From positions 7,998,001 through 8,062,000 of the forward strand of contig CP158635.1 in the NCBI GenBank assembly GCA_050273025.1: a DNA stretch of 64,000 nt. The letters run 5' to 3'. Numbering within the stretch: position 1 is the first letter of the stretch; the number at the start of each line of letters is the position of its first letter. Source of the DNA: Cenococcum geophilum (taxonomy: Eukaryota). Both the position numbers and the translations under genes were made by a program. Positions 12,774-26,729 of the stretch are shown in pieces. A model generated the notes under the pieces. The model was not told the DNA's origin. It worked only from the letters and a program-made list of their open reading frames with translations, and did not search any database.

Positions 12774-15700
12774 GCCCCCTATCTATAAAGTTCTATATTA
12801 GGTACTAGGTTTAGTTTAGGTTATAGCCTTTCTATTAAATATAGTATTTTAATATTCCCTATACTATCTTTTAGGCCAATATTTTATTAACTTCCTATTT
12901 ATAATAAATTCAATTTACCGCCCGTCCCGGTCCCCCTAGTGGGTCTACGCAGGCTAATACCTTCTATAGGAAAAACTCTATCTTAGAGAAAACCCAATCG
13001 CAGGCCGCGCTAGAGAGACGACGGCATTCCGATATTGGGGCGCCGGCGACTCGCCTTCTACCTGGCTTAGAGTCTGCATATTAAGCCAACTAACCGCGCT
13101 TCGCGGACGATCTTATACTGCCCCTTCTTCCCTTATCCTTTTACCTATATCCTTTTACCTATATTCTTTTACCAGTCCTCTAAGCTTTAAAAGGGCTAGT
13201 ATTCCCTTATATCCCCTGCATCTATTACCTTTATAGCCCGGAACTGGGCTAAAGCACCTAACTATATTAGCCACTTTGCAGCCACTTAAGTACTTCTTTT
13301 ATTACTTAAGACGTCTTAGAGGCGTTTAGAGGCACATTATGCTATAAGGTCCGCCCTTTGGTATTATGGACATTGGAATAGTATATGGTGTACTATCTGC
13401 CTTATCTAACTACATTTGCACCGTGGGAGAATTTCTAGTACTCTAATAGATGCAAGCTATGCGTTAAGCCCTATTACCTCTATATAAAGGAGAAATAGTA
13501 CTATAGCCTCTGCTTTTGTTAGATCTTTATATAATAGAATTATGGGTTTCCCCTATGGGGTCTTCCACGTGGTTTCTGTGCGGTTTTTGGCCTTTGCCTG
13601 CTACCGTCGGCGCTATTCTAGGTCTGCCCATTTCGCGATAAGGGTAATTTTCCGCTAGCGGTGCTGGTGGCCTCCTGTGCGGTGGCGGCGCTCTATCTAC
13701 GCTCTGCCGGCGCTCTACTGGCTACGCCTACGGGGGTTTATTACAGCTTCTTGCTCTATATAATTCTTTTGGTATACGAGGAACCCCTATATTTTATTCT
13801 TATGGCCCTTTACGCGGTCCCTAAGCACTTTTAGTAGTACTAGTGGCCGTCTTGTTTTCCACTGGCGCTTTATTAATATTTTTTAGATACCCTTAAGTGC
13901 CTCTACTAATTCCTTTTTTACCCTATCGGAAGCTGTCTTGGCGGCTCTTTGGAGGGCTATTGTTTTAATATAGAGTTAGATTAGGGGAATGGCCGCTTCC
14001 TTCTTAATTACAGCTATTAGTGTTCGCTGGTATGCTCCTGTAACCCTACGGAGGCATTAGTTCTGGACTTTCTATAGCGGTTTAAGCAGGCTTTTCGCTG
14101 GCGTTCCGCCGTCGTCCCGTACTCCCCACACTTGGGCGCCATACAGTATCGCTAGTTGGACGGTGGCTGTATATAGGAGGCGCGAGCGGCGTATTAATGG
14201 GCCCTATGTAGACAAAGTAATCCTTAACATCGCTTCGAAGGCTGCTGATCCTTTAGTTGCTGCCTTCTTAATCTATTCTTTCTACTGAAGCTTAGGGTCT
14301 ACCTAAATCCCTAGGATTTGCATACTGGTTTTCTGGGGAGCTGTCTCGCAGCTGGCGATACGTATGGTGGACGCAAGGTCTGCGGTGGCGTGGCGCCGTC
14401 GCCTTGTAAAGTGCATAAGCTAGTACTTTTTAGGGGCGAACGCCGCGCCGTGTCGGTTTGCCTATGTAGTGTAGTAGTTATAGGCAGCTTCTAATTGTTG
14501 ACAGTTCTCTGCCGCGGAGCCCCCCTAGGTAATAAGATTTGTGTTATCTACAAAGCCGAACCCCAGCGTGCCGCTATTAGGACTCTAGAATTTCTCTAAA
14601 AGTTCTAATATAAAAAAGAGAAATAGAATTGGCGATAAGGGAGACCCCTAGGGGATGCCTGTCTGTGTCTAGATTTAATTGCTCTTGTATTCTATAAACC
14701 TAATACGGGTCTTATATACTATTAGGAAGCTTTATATAAAGTCTATAAGCCACTTTAAAAAGCCTTTTTTTTTTAGAATATAGAGGAGCCTTTTATGGGA
14801 TACGTTATTAAATGCTCCTATTAAGTCTAGGCTTAGTATTAACACTACGCACCCGCGGCGCGTTTGCCACGCTGTCTATACGTAAGAGCTAAACAGTCCT
14901 ACTACTAATAGTGTAGATCGCTTGCGTCTTACTCCCATCTGGTTCTAAGGGAGTAGACTGTGCTCTTCCGCTACTTCCGATATAATATTAGCTACGTGCT
15001 TTTCTAGGACTTTTGCTAGCGTATTTTTAAGGGCAATTGGTCTATAGCTGCCTAGGAGAGAGTAGTCTTTCTTTCCTTTCTTGCGTAATACTATAGTTAT
15101 AGATTCTTTGAGACTTTCTAGTATTATTCTATTAGTAAAGCAGTGGCTAGCTGCTTCTACTAAGTCTTTTATAATAACTGGGGCAACTGCTTTAAGAACT
15201 TTGTTTAGTATGCCATCTAGCCCTAGGGCTTTTCCATTAGGAAGGCTCCTAATTAGCTTGCCGATTTCTTCTGTTAAGATAATAGGGCTGATGATAAGTG
15301 CTCTTTATTCCATTGTTGCCTCTATCTTAATATCGCTAAGGTCCGCTATTCTAGTCTTAGGAAAGAATTTGGCTGCAAGGATATCTGCTTTTATAGTATT
15401 ATTGTCTGTTAAGGGGTCCTTAATGGACCTCCTAAGGTCTGGTAAGTGGGGTCCGCCTTCGCTATACTTGCTTTTCTGCTCCATTTTAATAGGATCTAAA
15501 GTTCTTTATTATAGGGTTTTAATTAATCCTTAGTAAGTTTATGAATAAAGCGCCTTTAGTTATTATAACTAACTCTCCTAGTTTCTTTCTAGAGTTAATT
15601 GCTTAGTGTTAGGTATCTTTATAAGTCCTAGGGGTCGTTATAGTCCTGGTACTGTCGCCGCGCCTAGTGGGCGCTGGCGTGGAGCTGTGTGGCATTTAGT

Positions 15701-18700
15701 AACCATTCTCGGCGGGCCTACTAGCTAGGTTGTGCTTGCGGGCAGTGTTCTTTAAGTGCTTGTTTAATCCCTTCCTAGAGGGCTTAAAGGGGGTCTTCAG
15801 ATATGGCCCAGTCTAGCCCCTGGATGCTTTAGAGGAGGCCCTGTAAGTCTAGTTTTTTAAGGGCGAGGCGCCGGCGTTCCGCTAGCGGATAGCTGGCGTT
15901 GTTAATTTGGATGCGGATGGGTATATGGTCTCTTATAAGGGCCCATTCCTTAACTATGCCATAGAAGTTGACTCTTCTGTATAGATTTGGAGATATAAAT
16001 GTGAGGTCAATCACACTCTCCTGTTGCCCTCTTTTCCATATAGGCTCTCCTTTTGGTGTGGCAAGTACAAGACCTCTGGCTTCGGTTTCGGCCAGCAGGC
16101 GTTCCGCCTGTTCTTCGCTCGCTAGGATACATTTGCATTGTAGAGCTACGAGAGTTACATACAAAGTAGAGTTGCGGAGGCCCTCTTGCCAGGGCCCTCT
16201 ACCATAGTTTTCCACTTCGGACGCCCCTTGACGTCTGTCTGCTTCCACAGCAGCCAGCCGGCCAAAACCAGCCACTGCCTATGTGTACCTGATTTGCTCC
16301 ATAAGCCTATCCTTACAGCCTGCCCTACCTAGATAAACCGACACGCGTGTCCGTCCTTTTAGGTTATACAGACAGTGTTATTAACAAGGTGTTAATCCTT
16401 CCTCTAAGACAGGTCTACTAGGAGTTAGAGCCTAGTAAAGGGGTAAGGTTCCTGGAGTCGTCCGTCACTGCCATTATATACCACACCCTACAGCCGTTGC
16501 CAGCTGCTTCGCGTTACCTATAACGCTCTCGCAATAACAGGCCAACCATGTCTTATAGGCGTGGGCCTATAATAACTCAACGCCGCGCAGCTATTGTCCC
16601 TCAGCCGCCTACTAACCAAACTTGTTATCCTTCCATCTTAACCAACACTTGCATCTAGGTCCGTTCTAGCCTACCTATACAGGTTCGTCCTAGCTCTTTT
16701 TTAGTCCGTTCTGGATTAACGTCGCCACCTAGAGAAAGGTTAACGCCGCTGCATACAGGTTCGTCCTAGCTCTTTCTTAGTCCGTTCTAGGTTAACGTCG
16801 CCGCCCAAAAAAGGGTTAACGCCGCTGCGTAGAAAGGGAGGATTAACGTCGCTAAATGTGGTTAATAGTGTTGAGATTCTTCCTATACCCTCGCTGTTGG
16901 ATAGTCTTAGAGCAGAATAAGTACAGAGGTGCCCTATTATCCCCTTAGATCCACCTATCGCTTCTACCAGCAAATACAAGCGCTGGCTTATAGCCCTAGA
17001 TTAGAGCCTAGGTAAGAAGACGTTAGGTAGTTCTTAAAACCATTCCTCTATTCGTGATAAGTTGTCCTTATAGTTTTTTGATTCTTGGCACGCCAAGACC
17101 CGCGAAAACTCTGCTGTTCTGACGGCGTTAAGGACGACACATTCAAAAGCGCCCTCTAGCCACGACGTAACGCCGCTGCATCGGTAACAGACGAGATCCT
17201 TACTTTTAGCTTGACCGTACGGACAGGATAAGACGGAAAGGAACCCCCATAGGACAGTATATGTCGGATCTCGCTTTTAGTGTTCCTTTAACTTCCTATT
17301 TATTATTACCGTTTACTTAAATTAGTAGGGGAGGCTTATTCTTTTATCTGGGTAATAGGTTATTTATAGCTTTCTATAACTTATCTAGTAAGAAAATAGG
17401 ATATACCCTAATTAAATCTAGGAACTTTACTTATATAAGTTACCTATCTTCTTAAGGACCTTATATAGTCCCGCTATTTAGTAGTCTAGCTTCTAGCTAG
17501 GTTGTTTAGTCTTTTAATTTCTTATTATAACCTAGACTATATCGCTAGGGGCAAAGTTAGGCTCTTAATAGTGTTTATTTACCTACTATTTTATTAATCT
17601 TTAGACTTTTCCTAAGTTCTTACAGGCTAGTATTTAGGCTTCCTCTAAGCACTTAGCATACTATTAGGCCTTACTATATAAGATAGCTTTTCTTATATAG
17701 CCTAAGGTTCTTTTAGCCTTTTTTAGTTAAAGCTTATATAGGGTAAGTATCCTATTTCTAGCTAAATTAGGGTAAACCCTATAAAGTTATAGGGTAGGGT
17801 TGCTTGGGCGTAGTCAATTAAGGGTAATAATTTAGACTAGTTATTTTAAAAGTAGCTAATAAGGGGCCTAAGCCTCTAGTCTAGGTACTAATTTATAATC
17901 TTCGTCTAACTATTTGTCTAGGGGTAATAAGCTATAAAAAGCTTTAGCTTAATACCTAGGATTTAGGTAAACTCGTTCTAAAAGGCTACTATAAACTATA
18001 GTCTATTATTAAATATAATAGTATCTAATAGTCTGTAAATTTAGTAGATATAATAAATAAATAGCTAGGCTACCTCTTTAGTATTAATATTCTTATAATA
18101 GGGAATTAAAAACGGGCGTTTACTAAAATGGTTAACTATAACTATAACCATATTATATCTATTACGGTCTATAGGTGGTTTATAAAGGTTTATAAAGATA
18201 TACTATTAAGGGCGCTCTAGTATTAGGAGTAGCTTAAGTAGTTCTAAGGTTTTATCTTATAGGGTTATAGCTCTCTAGTAGTCTTTATAGTTCCGTATAT
18301 ATTAATTAATATTTATAACTATTCTTAGCTAATAGTAGCGGTAGTTAATAATTTTACAGGTCTTATTCTTGCTAGGGTATACTATAAAAACTTAGCAATA
18401 AGCTTTGCGGATTAGTTTAGTCTATAAATTGTTAACGTTAGGAACTATAAGCCGCTTTTAGTATAGGAGCAACCCTTTCTCTATTTTAAAATTAGGGTTT
18501 TCTTTTACAGCTTAATTGCGGAGGGCCTTTAGGGCGTTAGCTGTGCGGTTTATAGTTAGGAGGCGGTTAATTAGCCCTATTAGTTTATTTAAAGACTCCT
18601 TTAATAAAACTAGCTCATTTTACTAGGGGTCTAGCTCCTTAAGGATCTATAGGTTAAGCTATTTACGATAAAAGAGGGCATGTATCTAGTATTAAGTCTT

Positions 18701-21700
18701 TAGCTTATCCTAGGGTCTTATATCCTATTCTCTTTGGGTTAAAGTATTAGCCTTAAAGTTTTGTTTACTAAAACGATATATAAGTATATAAAAAAATTAG
18801 GAGAGTATTTTAGCCTACTAAGCTTATTATTTAGTAAGCTGCTTTATAGTTATAAAGTACTTTAGGGCTTTATAGTCTATATATATCTTAATTCGGAAGG
18901 TTATACCTTTAAGCTCTACGTACTATTAGGATAGTAATTAAATAATAGCTAGTATTTCTTTATTATATACTTTATAGTTATACTTAGCTAGGTCCATTGT
19001 TTTTAAGAAAAAAGTAATAGGGTACTATTTGCCGTCCAGGTATAGCTATAATAGGATTCCTGCTATAACCCTATTAAAAGTATACGTTTCTAATATTAAT
19101 TTAAGGTCTAGGTTATAGTAATAAAGGATTAGGAAAGAGATAAGCCGATCTTTTAACTCTTTAAAGGCTTTTATATAGTTATTATTAAAGATAAAAGGTG
19201 TATCTTTCCGGGTAAGTTATATAAGAGGCTTTGTTATAACTTTATAATTATAGATAAAACGGTAATAGAAATTATAAAAGCTAAGGAAGGACTGGATCCT
19301 CTTTATAGTATATAGGGGCTTCTAGTTATAGATTGCTTTAACCTTTTTAGGGTTAACTTTAATCCTATTTATACTTATAATAAACCTAAAGTACTTTATA
19401 CACTTTACCCTAAATATATATTTTTTAATATTAACTTATAAACCTGCGTTCCGTAATCTTTCTAGGACCTTCTTAATATAAACTTAGTATTTGAGTTTAT
19501 TGTCTAAGTATATTAGAATGTTGTCTAGGTATACCATATAGAATTTATTAAGGTAATTAAAAAGAATATTATTTATATACCTTTGGTACGTAGCCAGTTT
19601 ATTTATTAGTCTAAAAGGAAAAACTTTATATTTATAGGACCTATAACAGGTATAGAATGTTATTAAATCTTTAAATATAGGGTTTATCCTAATTTAGTAG
19701 AAAGCTTAGCGGATATTAGCTTAGTAAAGATTTTAGCCCCATTTAGACGCGTAAGGGTCTTATTAATTAAAGGAATAGGGTACTAATCCTTTTAAGTAAT
19801 AGCGTTTAGCTTTTAGTAGTTAATATAAAAATTAAGGCCTTTATTAGGCTTTTTTATAAATAGGATAGGGGAAGTAAAAGGGGCTTAACTTAGCTCGATA
19901 AACCCTTTATTAAAGTTATTAAGTAAATACTACTTTATTGCTTTTAGCTTATCTATTAATTATTAGTAGAGGGGGCTATAGCCTAGTAAGTTATCAGTTT
20001 CTAATTAAATCTTATAATCGTATATATCTGGTAAAAAGGTAACTTATCTAAAGCCGCCTTTAAGAATATATTCTTATAATTTATATAGATAGTAAAAAGG
20101 AGGCATTTAACTAGTTCCTTACTAGCTTCCTTAGCTAGCTTTTCCTCCCTATTATTAATAATTCGGTTAATCTTATATAGGCTTGTTATAACAACCTTAT
20201 TATCCTTTTAGTATATATTAAAGTAGAACGCTATAGCGCTAATCATAGTAATATTTACTATAGGGGTGTTATATAATAATAGGGGCGTATATAAATTTAG
20301 GGGCTTCTAGGGTATTAGTGTTATTATTACTCCTTTTAGCTCCTATCGCATTTTTTAGAGGTTATCCCTTATATCCTATTAATATATTCCTCCCTATACC
20401 GGTTAAATCTACGCAATTTAGATATTATTTATATTACTTTCTATTCCGCTTCTATATATAGAGTTCTTTTTAAATATAATACTTTAGAAGAGTATTTTTA
20501 TTAGTATAGAGTTCTTTCTAGCTTTACGGCAGGTGTCTTTTTAAGTAAAGGCTAGGTTACGGGCCTAGACGTCCTACTAGTAGGTAGGGTTAGCCTTTAT
20601 AGCTAGTGTCTTATAGTTAGTTTAGATTTCCCTAACAAAAAAAGGTACCTTTAGTCTATCCTCCGGTTAGATAAATTATCTTTATTATATATTTAGCCAA
20701 ATATTAAAATAGAACATTTATTTTTGGCTAAGGATTATATTATAAGACCCTAGGTCTAGGATATAAAAAGGGATACTATATTAGCGTTGTCTATTAAAAG
20801 TAATATATAACTTTAAGACGTGAGTAACTAGCTAACCGGCTTAGCTGTTATAGCCTTTTACCTAAATAGGCTTCTCTAGTTAGGTAGCTTTTATATTTAA
20901 AAACCAGTAATATTATTTATATAAGTAGTATTTATAAAGGTAAAGCTATTTACTCTAGTATTAATAAGGGCGGTTATATTAACTCTATATTTGTTTTAAA
21001 ATACTATATATAAAACTATATAATGCTTTCTACCTATTAACTAACTAAGATTAATCTCTTTAAGATTAATAGGGTACCCTAGGGGGGAGTCTTTCCCTAG
21101 GGTTCTTTTTTTCCTAACTTATTAGACGTTTCTCCTTCCTCTATTTTCTTAATATTACCTATATCCTTTAGCTCTAGGCAAGACAAGGTAAAGTAATCCT
21201 CCTTATTATAGTTATAGTACGTAGCTAAGGTAGGGTTAATTAGGGTATTGTAATAAGTACTAGTTAATAGTATAGTATATAGCTAGTTAGGCAAGGCTTT
21301 TTAGTATATAAATATAACCGCTTTTAGTATAAGAGCCGTTATGGCTTATCTTCCTACTCTAGCTCCTATAGGTATAGCTAACGCGTTTTAACTATTATAG
21401 GCCCTTTATTATTAATTAAAACGGGTATTAATTCGCTTTAGTTCTAAGTTTAGTAATAAATATTAGGCTATAAGTCTTTAATAGGTTAGTAGGTCGTCTA
21501 AGGCTACCATAACCTTCTCTTATAGTTAAACCGTTAGCTTATCATATAGGTCTAAATAGTAGTTTTTAAAGGGAACCTAGCCTTCGCCTATTAGGTATAA
21601 GAATTAAGTCTAAAACTTAGTAAAGGATTAGTTTAACTTTATTATTAAGCCATTATAGTTATAACGCGCAGCTTATACTTTATTTAGGTTTATATATATA

Positions 21701-22758
21701 GCAGCTAAATACTATAGCATTTTATTAATAAATATAAAGCGAATAGGGAAGTCGTCCTTAAATTTGGCTTAAAGGTAATATTAGGCATCTCCTATAGTTT
21801 AACTAAAGAGGTAAAGTATCTTAGCTTCTTTAGAGGGGAAATAGTTATAGTTAATACAGAGTTTTCCTTATACTTAAATCCTCTAATTCTTAAAGGTAGG
21901 GTCTATCCTACTAGATAGGGGTTAGGGGTTAGGGAGCTTAACGGACTTTAATTACTTTATTATTGTATCCGTACTCCCTAGTATATTATATTTAGTAGAG
22001 TAAATAGGTTAGCTAGGGCTTTAAAAAAGGGAAATTAGGCTATTTTATAGGGCTATAAGGCTTTTTGGGATCTCTTATAAGGTCTTTTATATATTTCTTA
22101 GTTTAAGATAATTAGCTTTCTAGCTAGCCGTAAGTATATAAATCTGCTTACGTATATCTATAACGTTATTATTATCTTTAATCTCTAATCCTAATTAGAT
22201 CTCAGGTTCCTCTTAAATAAAGGTAGCTCTTTTAGATAAGCTTGCTTTAGGTATCATCATTAGCTTTCTAGAATTTATTAGTATTATACGCTTTAGTTTT
22301 AATTTTAGGGGTATAGGTCTAGTCCTATCTAGCTTATAAAGTGGGATATTATTAAGGCCTTCCTAGACAGTATAGAGTTGTTTTAGTGTCTAAGTATAGT
22401 ACGCTAACGCGTTGTTGCAGATAAAGTTTCTTTTAGGGTAGGATATTATTAAGGCCTTCCTAGGCAGTATAGGGTAAGCTTAGTATAATATTACGGCTTA
22501 AATAAATGCCTCTAAACCAAAGCTTAAACAAATGCTATATTATAAAGATACTAAGCTAAGGAGAAAGAAAAGGGGTTGCTAGGACTAATGTAAACAAATA
22601 TATAGGGTAAGCCGCTAAGGCGCTAGCTTTGGGCGAGCCAATTATAGGTTGGCAGAATATGGCAGAATATGGCAAGTAACGTGCGATAGCGCCGTTATAG
22701 TTTGCTAAGGTAAGGAAAACCTAAATACGGTTTATATAAGACCTTATTAACCTTAACA
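12774..22758 (-). mobile_element. RIPed chromovirus-type Ty3/Gypsy element (5' LTR 22447-22758, gag, PR, RT, RH, INT, chromodomain ~12790-12900)
   Basis: LTR T(A)TTAAGG...CCTTAACA; gag at ~21150-22260; protease ALI(D)T at ~20960; RT at ~19300-19980; integrase at ~17400-18400; chromodomain E(W)EV(D)..L...LKY..(W)KGY(D)P..TWYP split off by the LINE. Confidence 0.85.
12903..17287 (-). mobile_element. Tad1-like LINE (partial APE, RT, RNase H-like and C-terminal regions) with 16-bp TSD, inserted at a Gypsy chromodomain
   Basis: TSD TTAACTTCCTATTTAT at 12887-12902 and 17288-17303. APE C-terminus SVIDLTF...DHIPI at ~15920-16020; RT motifs GIP(Q)GSPLSPILFLF and GFVDNTNL at ~14530-14660; lightly RIPed. 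Confidence 0.9.
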
Positions 22759-23851
22759 AAATTAATATACCCTCCCATAATACCTGTCGATATAAAAATT
22801 ACACCAAATTATAGAGAAAGGCCTACTCTATAAAGCTATAAGATTATTAGCTCCTTATACCCACGCGGTATTAAGAGAAAATCATCGCCGTAGAGGCCCT
22901 AATTCTACCTCTATACCGCTAAGCCGCTTAGTAAACACTAATGCTAAACGCTTACGCCTACGCCGCTAGCCCTTTATATAGAGCTATGGAGCCTTATAAG
23001 AGCTTTATAAAATAAAGCTTAAGGGGAGACCTATACGGAGCTCTATATAGAGCTCTACCAAAACTCTCTAAAAGCTCTGTTTAAAGCTCTACTTAAAGAC
23101 CTGCTTAAATCTCTATATAAGGCTCTGCCTAAAGCTTACCCCCTAGTAGTAGTAGAGGCACTCTAGGCTAAAGGAGGATATTTTTAAAGAAGGACCCAAC
23201 TATAGTTACTTACTAGGTGTTATAATAGTAGATTTCTATATATCTATAATTTTATCTATATTAGTAGACTATTTAATAAGATATAATATATGCTTATACT
23301 TTTAATAAAATTAATATTAAGACCGAGTAATAACCATATAATAAAATTTAGAAGCCCTAAGGGGTCGTGCGTAACCTAAGGTTATACTAAGCTTAACGTG
23401 GACCTTCGATACCTACCTAGGTATCACTTAGAAGTTAGTAAGCTAAGGTAGTTAATTTCTTAGCAGCAAAGACTTTTAAAACGCGCCTCCGTACTATGCA
23501 ATACTTTTTATAACACTTAAACCCCCTTAATACGATATAGGGTATATAACGATATCCTCTACATTACGATCTCCACCCCTTAATCAAGCCTTTTTTGGTG
23601 TAATATTACGATAATCTGACTTTTAACAATATCGTTAAGGTAGCTCTACTAAAATCGTTATAACTAGATAAGATTTTGTATAGGAAGAGCCCTATTTAGC
23701 CTATATAGTAGGTGTCTTATACCCTTTTAGGGTAGTTAGCCTCCCTTTTTCTGCTTAACAACGCATTACGTGACTATTTAGTATAACAATACCATTGGTA
23801 TTACGATATGCTCGGCTGCAAAACCGGTATCGTATTAAAGAGGTTTTACTG
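22759..23851. mobile_element. Right-hand part of a Tc1/mariner-type element (TIR end)
   Basis: The terminus reads TA-CAGTAAAACCTCTTTAATACGATACC on the minus strand, with subterminal TACGAT repeats and aagctct repeats at 22980-23140. The matching left TIR was not found. Confidence 0.45.
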
Positions 23852-23925
23852 TAGTGTTTAATTGTTCGGCAGTATTTTGGTGTTTGTGGGCCTAATTAGG
23901 AAGGCGGTAGTAGCCGACCGTCATA

Positions 23926-24423
23926 ACCCGGCGCTTTCAACCAGCAGGGGGCCGCCACCTCAAACGCACCACATACTCAAGCGCACCAACACTCTACATT
24001 ACTTGTAATTCTATTATTATCAACCATAACCATGCTCTCCTACTATACAAAGAAGAGGTTAAGGTCTAGAATGTAATGCATGCGTACCAAGCCGGTTTTA
24101 CACGTCCGTAAAAGCTGCAGCGCTTAGTTGTAACGCGAAGCCGTCGCGCGTTCGAGGTCGATTAAATGGCTAATAGTTAAAGATGGAGCTACCAGGTGTT
24201 GGTAAGCTCCTGACACTAGAAGAGGAGGTAGAAGGCAGAACACGCTATTGCTGTTGCTTACAGGCGAGCAATAAGGCAGGCTAATAAGGCCTTAGGAATT
24301 AAGACACCAAGGTTTAGGAAGAATGGTTGATAATCCAATAATATACTATTTGGTGCGCTTGAGCATGTGGTGCGTTTGAGGTGGCGGCCCCCCTGCACAG
24401 CAGGGGGGTTGAAAGCGCCGGGT
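23926..24423 (+). mobile_element. Pogo/Fot1-type deletion derivative (MITE-like, ~500 bp) with long TIRs
   Basis: TIRs of ~65-75 bp: ACCCGGCGCTTTCAACC...GGCCGCCACCTCAAACGCACCACAT.CTCAAGCGCACCAA at both ends. Internal HTH remnant ...HAYQAGF...SVKAAALSCNAKPSRVRGRLNG. Confidence 0.85.
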
Positions 24424-25056
24424 ATCACCTACGTTATAACTGTCTTACACTAACCTATTGGCCTTCCTCACTTGCTCCCGAAGAGTCACCACCGGCTGCT
24501 CGCTATGGCGCCCTTTTCCCTCCTAACTACACCGCTAAGTGTGATTTCTTCTACTTTAACCCTCCTCTTCCAGCTCCTTTACAGGCCTAGTGCCGCATTT
24601 CCTCGCTGTGTCTCGTCTCCCGTCTCCTTTACAGACGCCGTTTCAGCCCTATTGCCTTACGTTTCGTGCATAAATTGTCGCTCACTTATCTTAGAAAACT
24701 GCCATTGTGCCCCGTCCAGCCGTCCAGGCAAGGCCAGACCTAACTATACCCTAACATTATCACAAGCAAATCTAAGGGTGTTGTTAGGTTTAAGTTCTAG
24801 AGACATCTTATGAAGGCATAAAAGTTAACCTAACCGGCCAGTATCTACTTGCCTACACCTACCTACTAGCGTCCTCCTCGTTTATTACAGTACACTTAAA
24901 CCTAGCATATCATCGACACATCCGAGCTATTCCGGAACGCCTATACACAAAATTTCCTTAGGGATCAATAGTTCTTCTTATCTTTAATCATTTTCTACTG
25001 GACAGCAGCGCTTGTCGCTTTTTAATTACTTCCACAACAGAGCAGTGTATCTTACG

Positions 25057-26037
25057 ATGCGTATACCACAGCACATACAGCAAGCCGTTGCGCTGTTTCT
25101 CCCCCTCTGGGCAACCGCTGCTACCGCTATCTCCCTCTCAAACTTTACACCTCGCATTAATGACCTCCCGTCCGCCTGCAATACCGTCTACACACAAGCA
25201 ATCCCAGGATGCCAGGTATCCGATTTCACGGCAAACGCACAATGCTCAAAAGCCTGCATAAATGGACTGGTTCAAATCAGCGCTGAGGTGAATTCGCAGT
25301 GCGCGAACGCAGACGTGCCCGAGACCTCGATAATCGGTGTATTCCTGCTGGGCCAAGGCATCCCGGCGCTCTGCAACAACACCCAGGTGACGACGGCCCC
25401 CGCAACCACACAGGACGGGCCTCTCACCACAGGCAAACCCATCACCTATACCGTAACGGCCCCCAGCGGCGCCATCGTCACCACGACCGCCGCGCCGATC
25501 GGCGGCAATGGCGAGACCAACTCCGGTGGCAAGAGCGGCACCAACATCGCCGCCATCATCGCCGCCGTTATCGCCGGCGTCCTTGCGATCGTCGCTGCCT
25601 ACTTCGCGTTCTGCGCCTGGGTCTACCGCAAGCAGCTCATCCTGTACAAGAACCACGCTGCGATGGCGCAGCGCGCGGCGACCGACCCGGCGCGCGCGGA
25701 GAAGGACGCGTTCATGCTGGCGCCATCGTCGTCGGCGGGCACAGGCGGACGCGATGCGGGGTCGGCGGTTGGGTCGTCGGGGGCTGGGAGCAGGCCGAGC
25801 AGGCCGAGCGGGACGAGCGGCTGGAATACGGGCGGGAGCGGGAGCGGGAGCGGGAGCGATGGGATTGCGGTTGCGGGTGGCGCGGGAGCGGGGAATGGTG
25901 GTAGTTTGGGGAGGAGGAGGAGCAGCTCGGGGAGTTCGACGGATGATTTGTTGGCGGGGCAGGAGCCGGCGTTTTGGGGGAGTAGGGGCGTGTTGCTGAA
26001 TCCGAGGAGGAGTTTAAGGGTTATTAATTGGGATTAA
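25057..26037 (+). CDS. 326-aa signal peptide + 6-Cys extracellular domain + Thr-rich stalk + single TM helix + Gly/Ser-rich cytoplasmic tail (type I membrane protein)
   Basis: ATG at 25057 (the ORF track starts at an upstream TTG). Signal peptide MRIPQHIQQAVALFLPLWATAATA; six Cys in the following ~85 aa; TM segment IAAIIAAVIAGVLAIVAAYFAFCAWVY followed by RKQ; C-terminus LLAGQEPAFWGSRGVLLNPRRSLRVINWD. GC-rich and not RIPed. Confidence 0.8.
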   Translation: MRIPQHIQQAVALFLPLWATAATAISLSNFTPRINDLPSACNTVYTQAIPGCQVSDFTANAQCSKACINGLVQISAEVNSQCANADVPETSIIGVFLLGQGIPALCNNTQVTTAPATTQDGPLTTGKPITYTVTAPSGAIVTTTAAPIGGNGETNSGGKSGTNIAAIIAAVIAGVLAIVAAYFAFCAWVYRKQLILYKNHAAMAQRAATDPARAEKDAFMLAPSSSAGTGGRDAGSAVGSSGAGSRPSRPSGTSGWNTGGSGSGSGSDGIAVAGGAGAGNGGSLGRRRSSSGSSTDDLLAGQEPAFWGSRGVLLNPRRSLRVINWD

Positions 26038-26729
26038 TTTGGGGGGGTTGGTGGTTGGGAGTGGGATAAAAATTAAAGGGGAAGGGGGGTGTTACGAGAT
26101 ACCGATTTACGAATGTTCGGAAATTTTTGTTGCTCTGTTCATGACTGCTTTTTTTTTTGTTAAGTTGCTGCTTGCTTGCTTCCGCTTTATGCGTTAACAG
26201 AGATACCACCTTCCTGTTTCTCCTTTTGTTTGGCTTCTGCTTCTCCATCTGTCTTTCTTCCCCCTCGTCCCTTTTTCTTCTACACAGGGGAGGGGGGTGG
26301 GGTATATGGGCCGTTGAAATGGCTGGGGGTTAATGAGTGCGTATCCCTTGTGCGATTTACGCGAAATCCGAGAAGTTACTGTAAATCCGCCAGCGAGACT
26401 AAAGCGGGCCCAGAGCGGCCTTCAACGGCAACTAGATCTAGGAGGGACTAGGCCCAGTCAAATAACCAAAACGGTAAAATCCTAAAAAGAAAAACAACTA
26501 ATGAACTCGTCAATATTGAACTTGACGATCCTCGGAGAGTCCTCAATTGGGCGCTGTGGCTATGCACGCCAAAATAGGTCCCTAATGCTCCACAAGCACA
26601 CTTCCACATTTCGGTGTTAGCCCTTTCTTGGCCCCACTTGATGTGCCTAAGCGATACTATAGCTACAATTCGTTGGCAGTACCAACTACCAACAGTTAAC
26701 ATCACTTGCTGAAATACTTGAGATAGCAT

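Noticed and set aside
25246..25999. Alternative-frame and antisense ORFs over the membrane-protein gene
   Set aside because: Arg/Ala-rich shadows of high-GC coding sequence.
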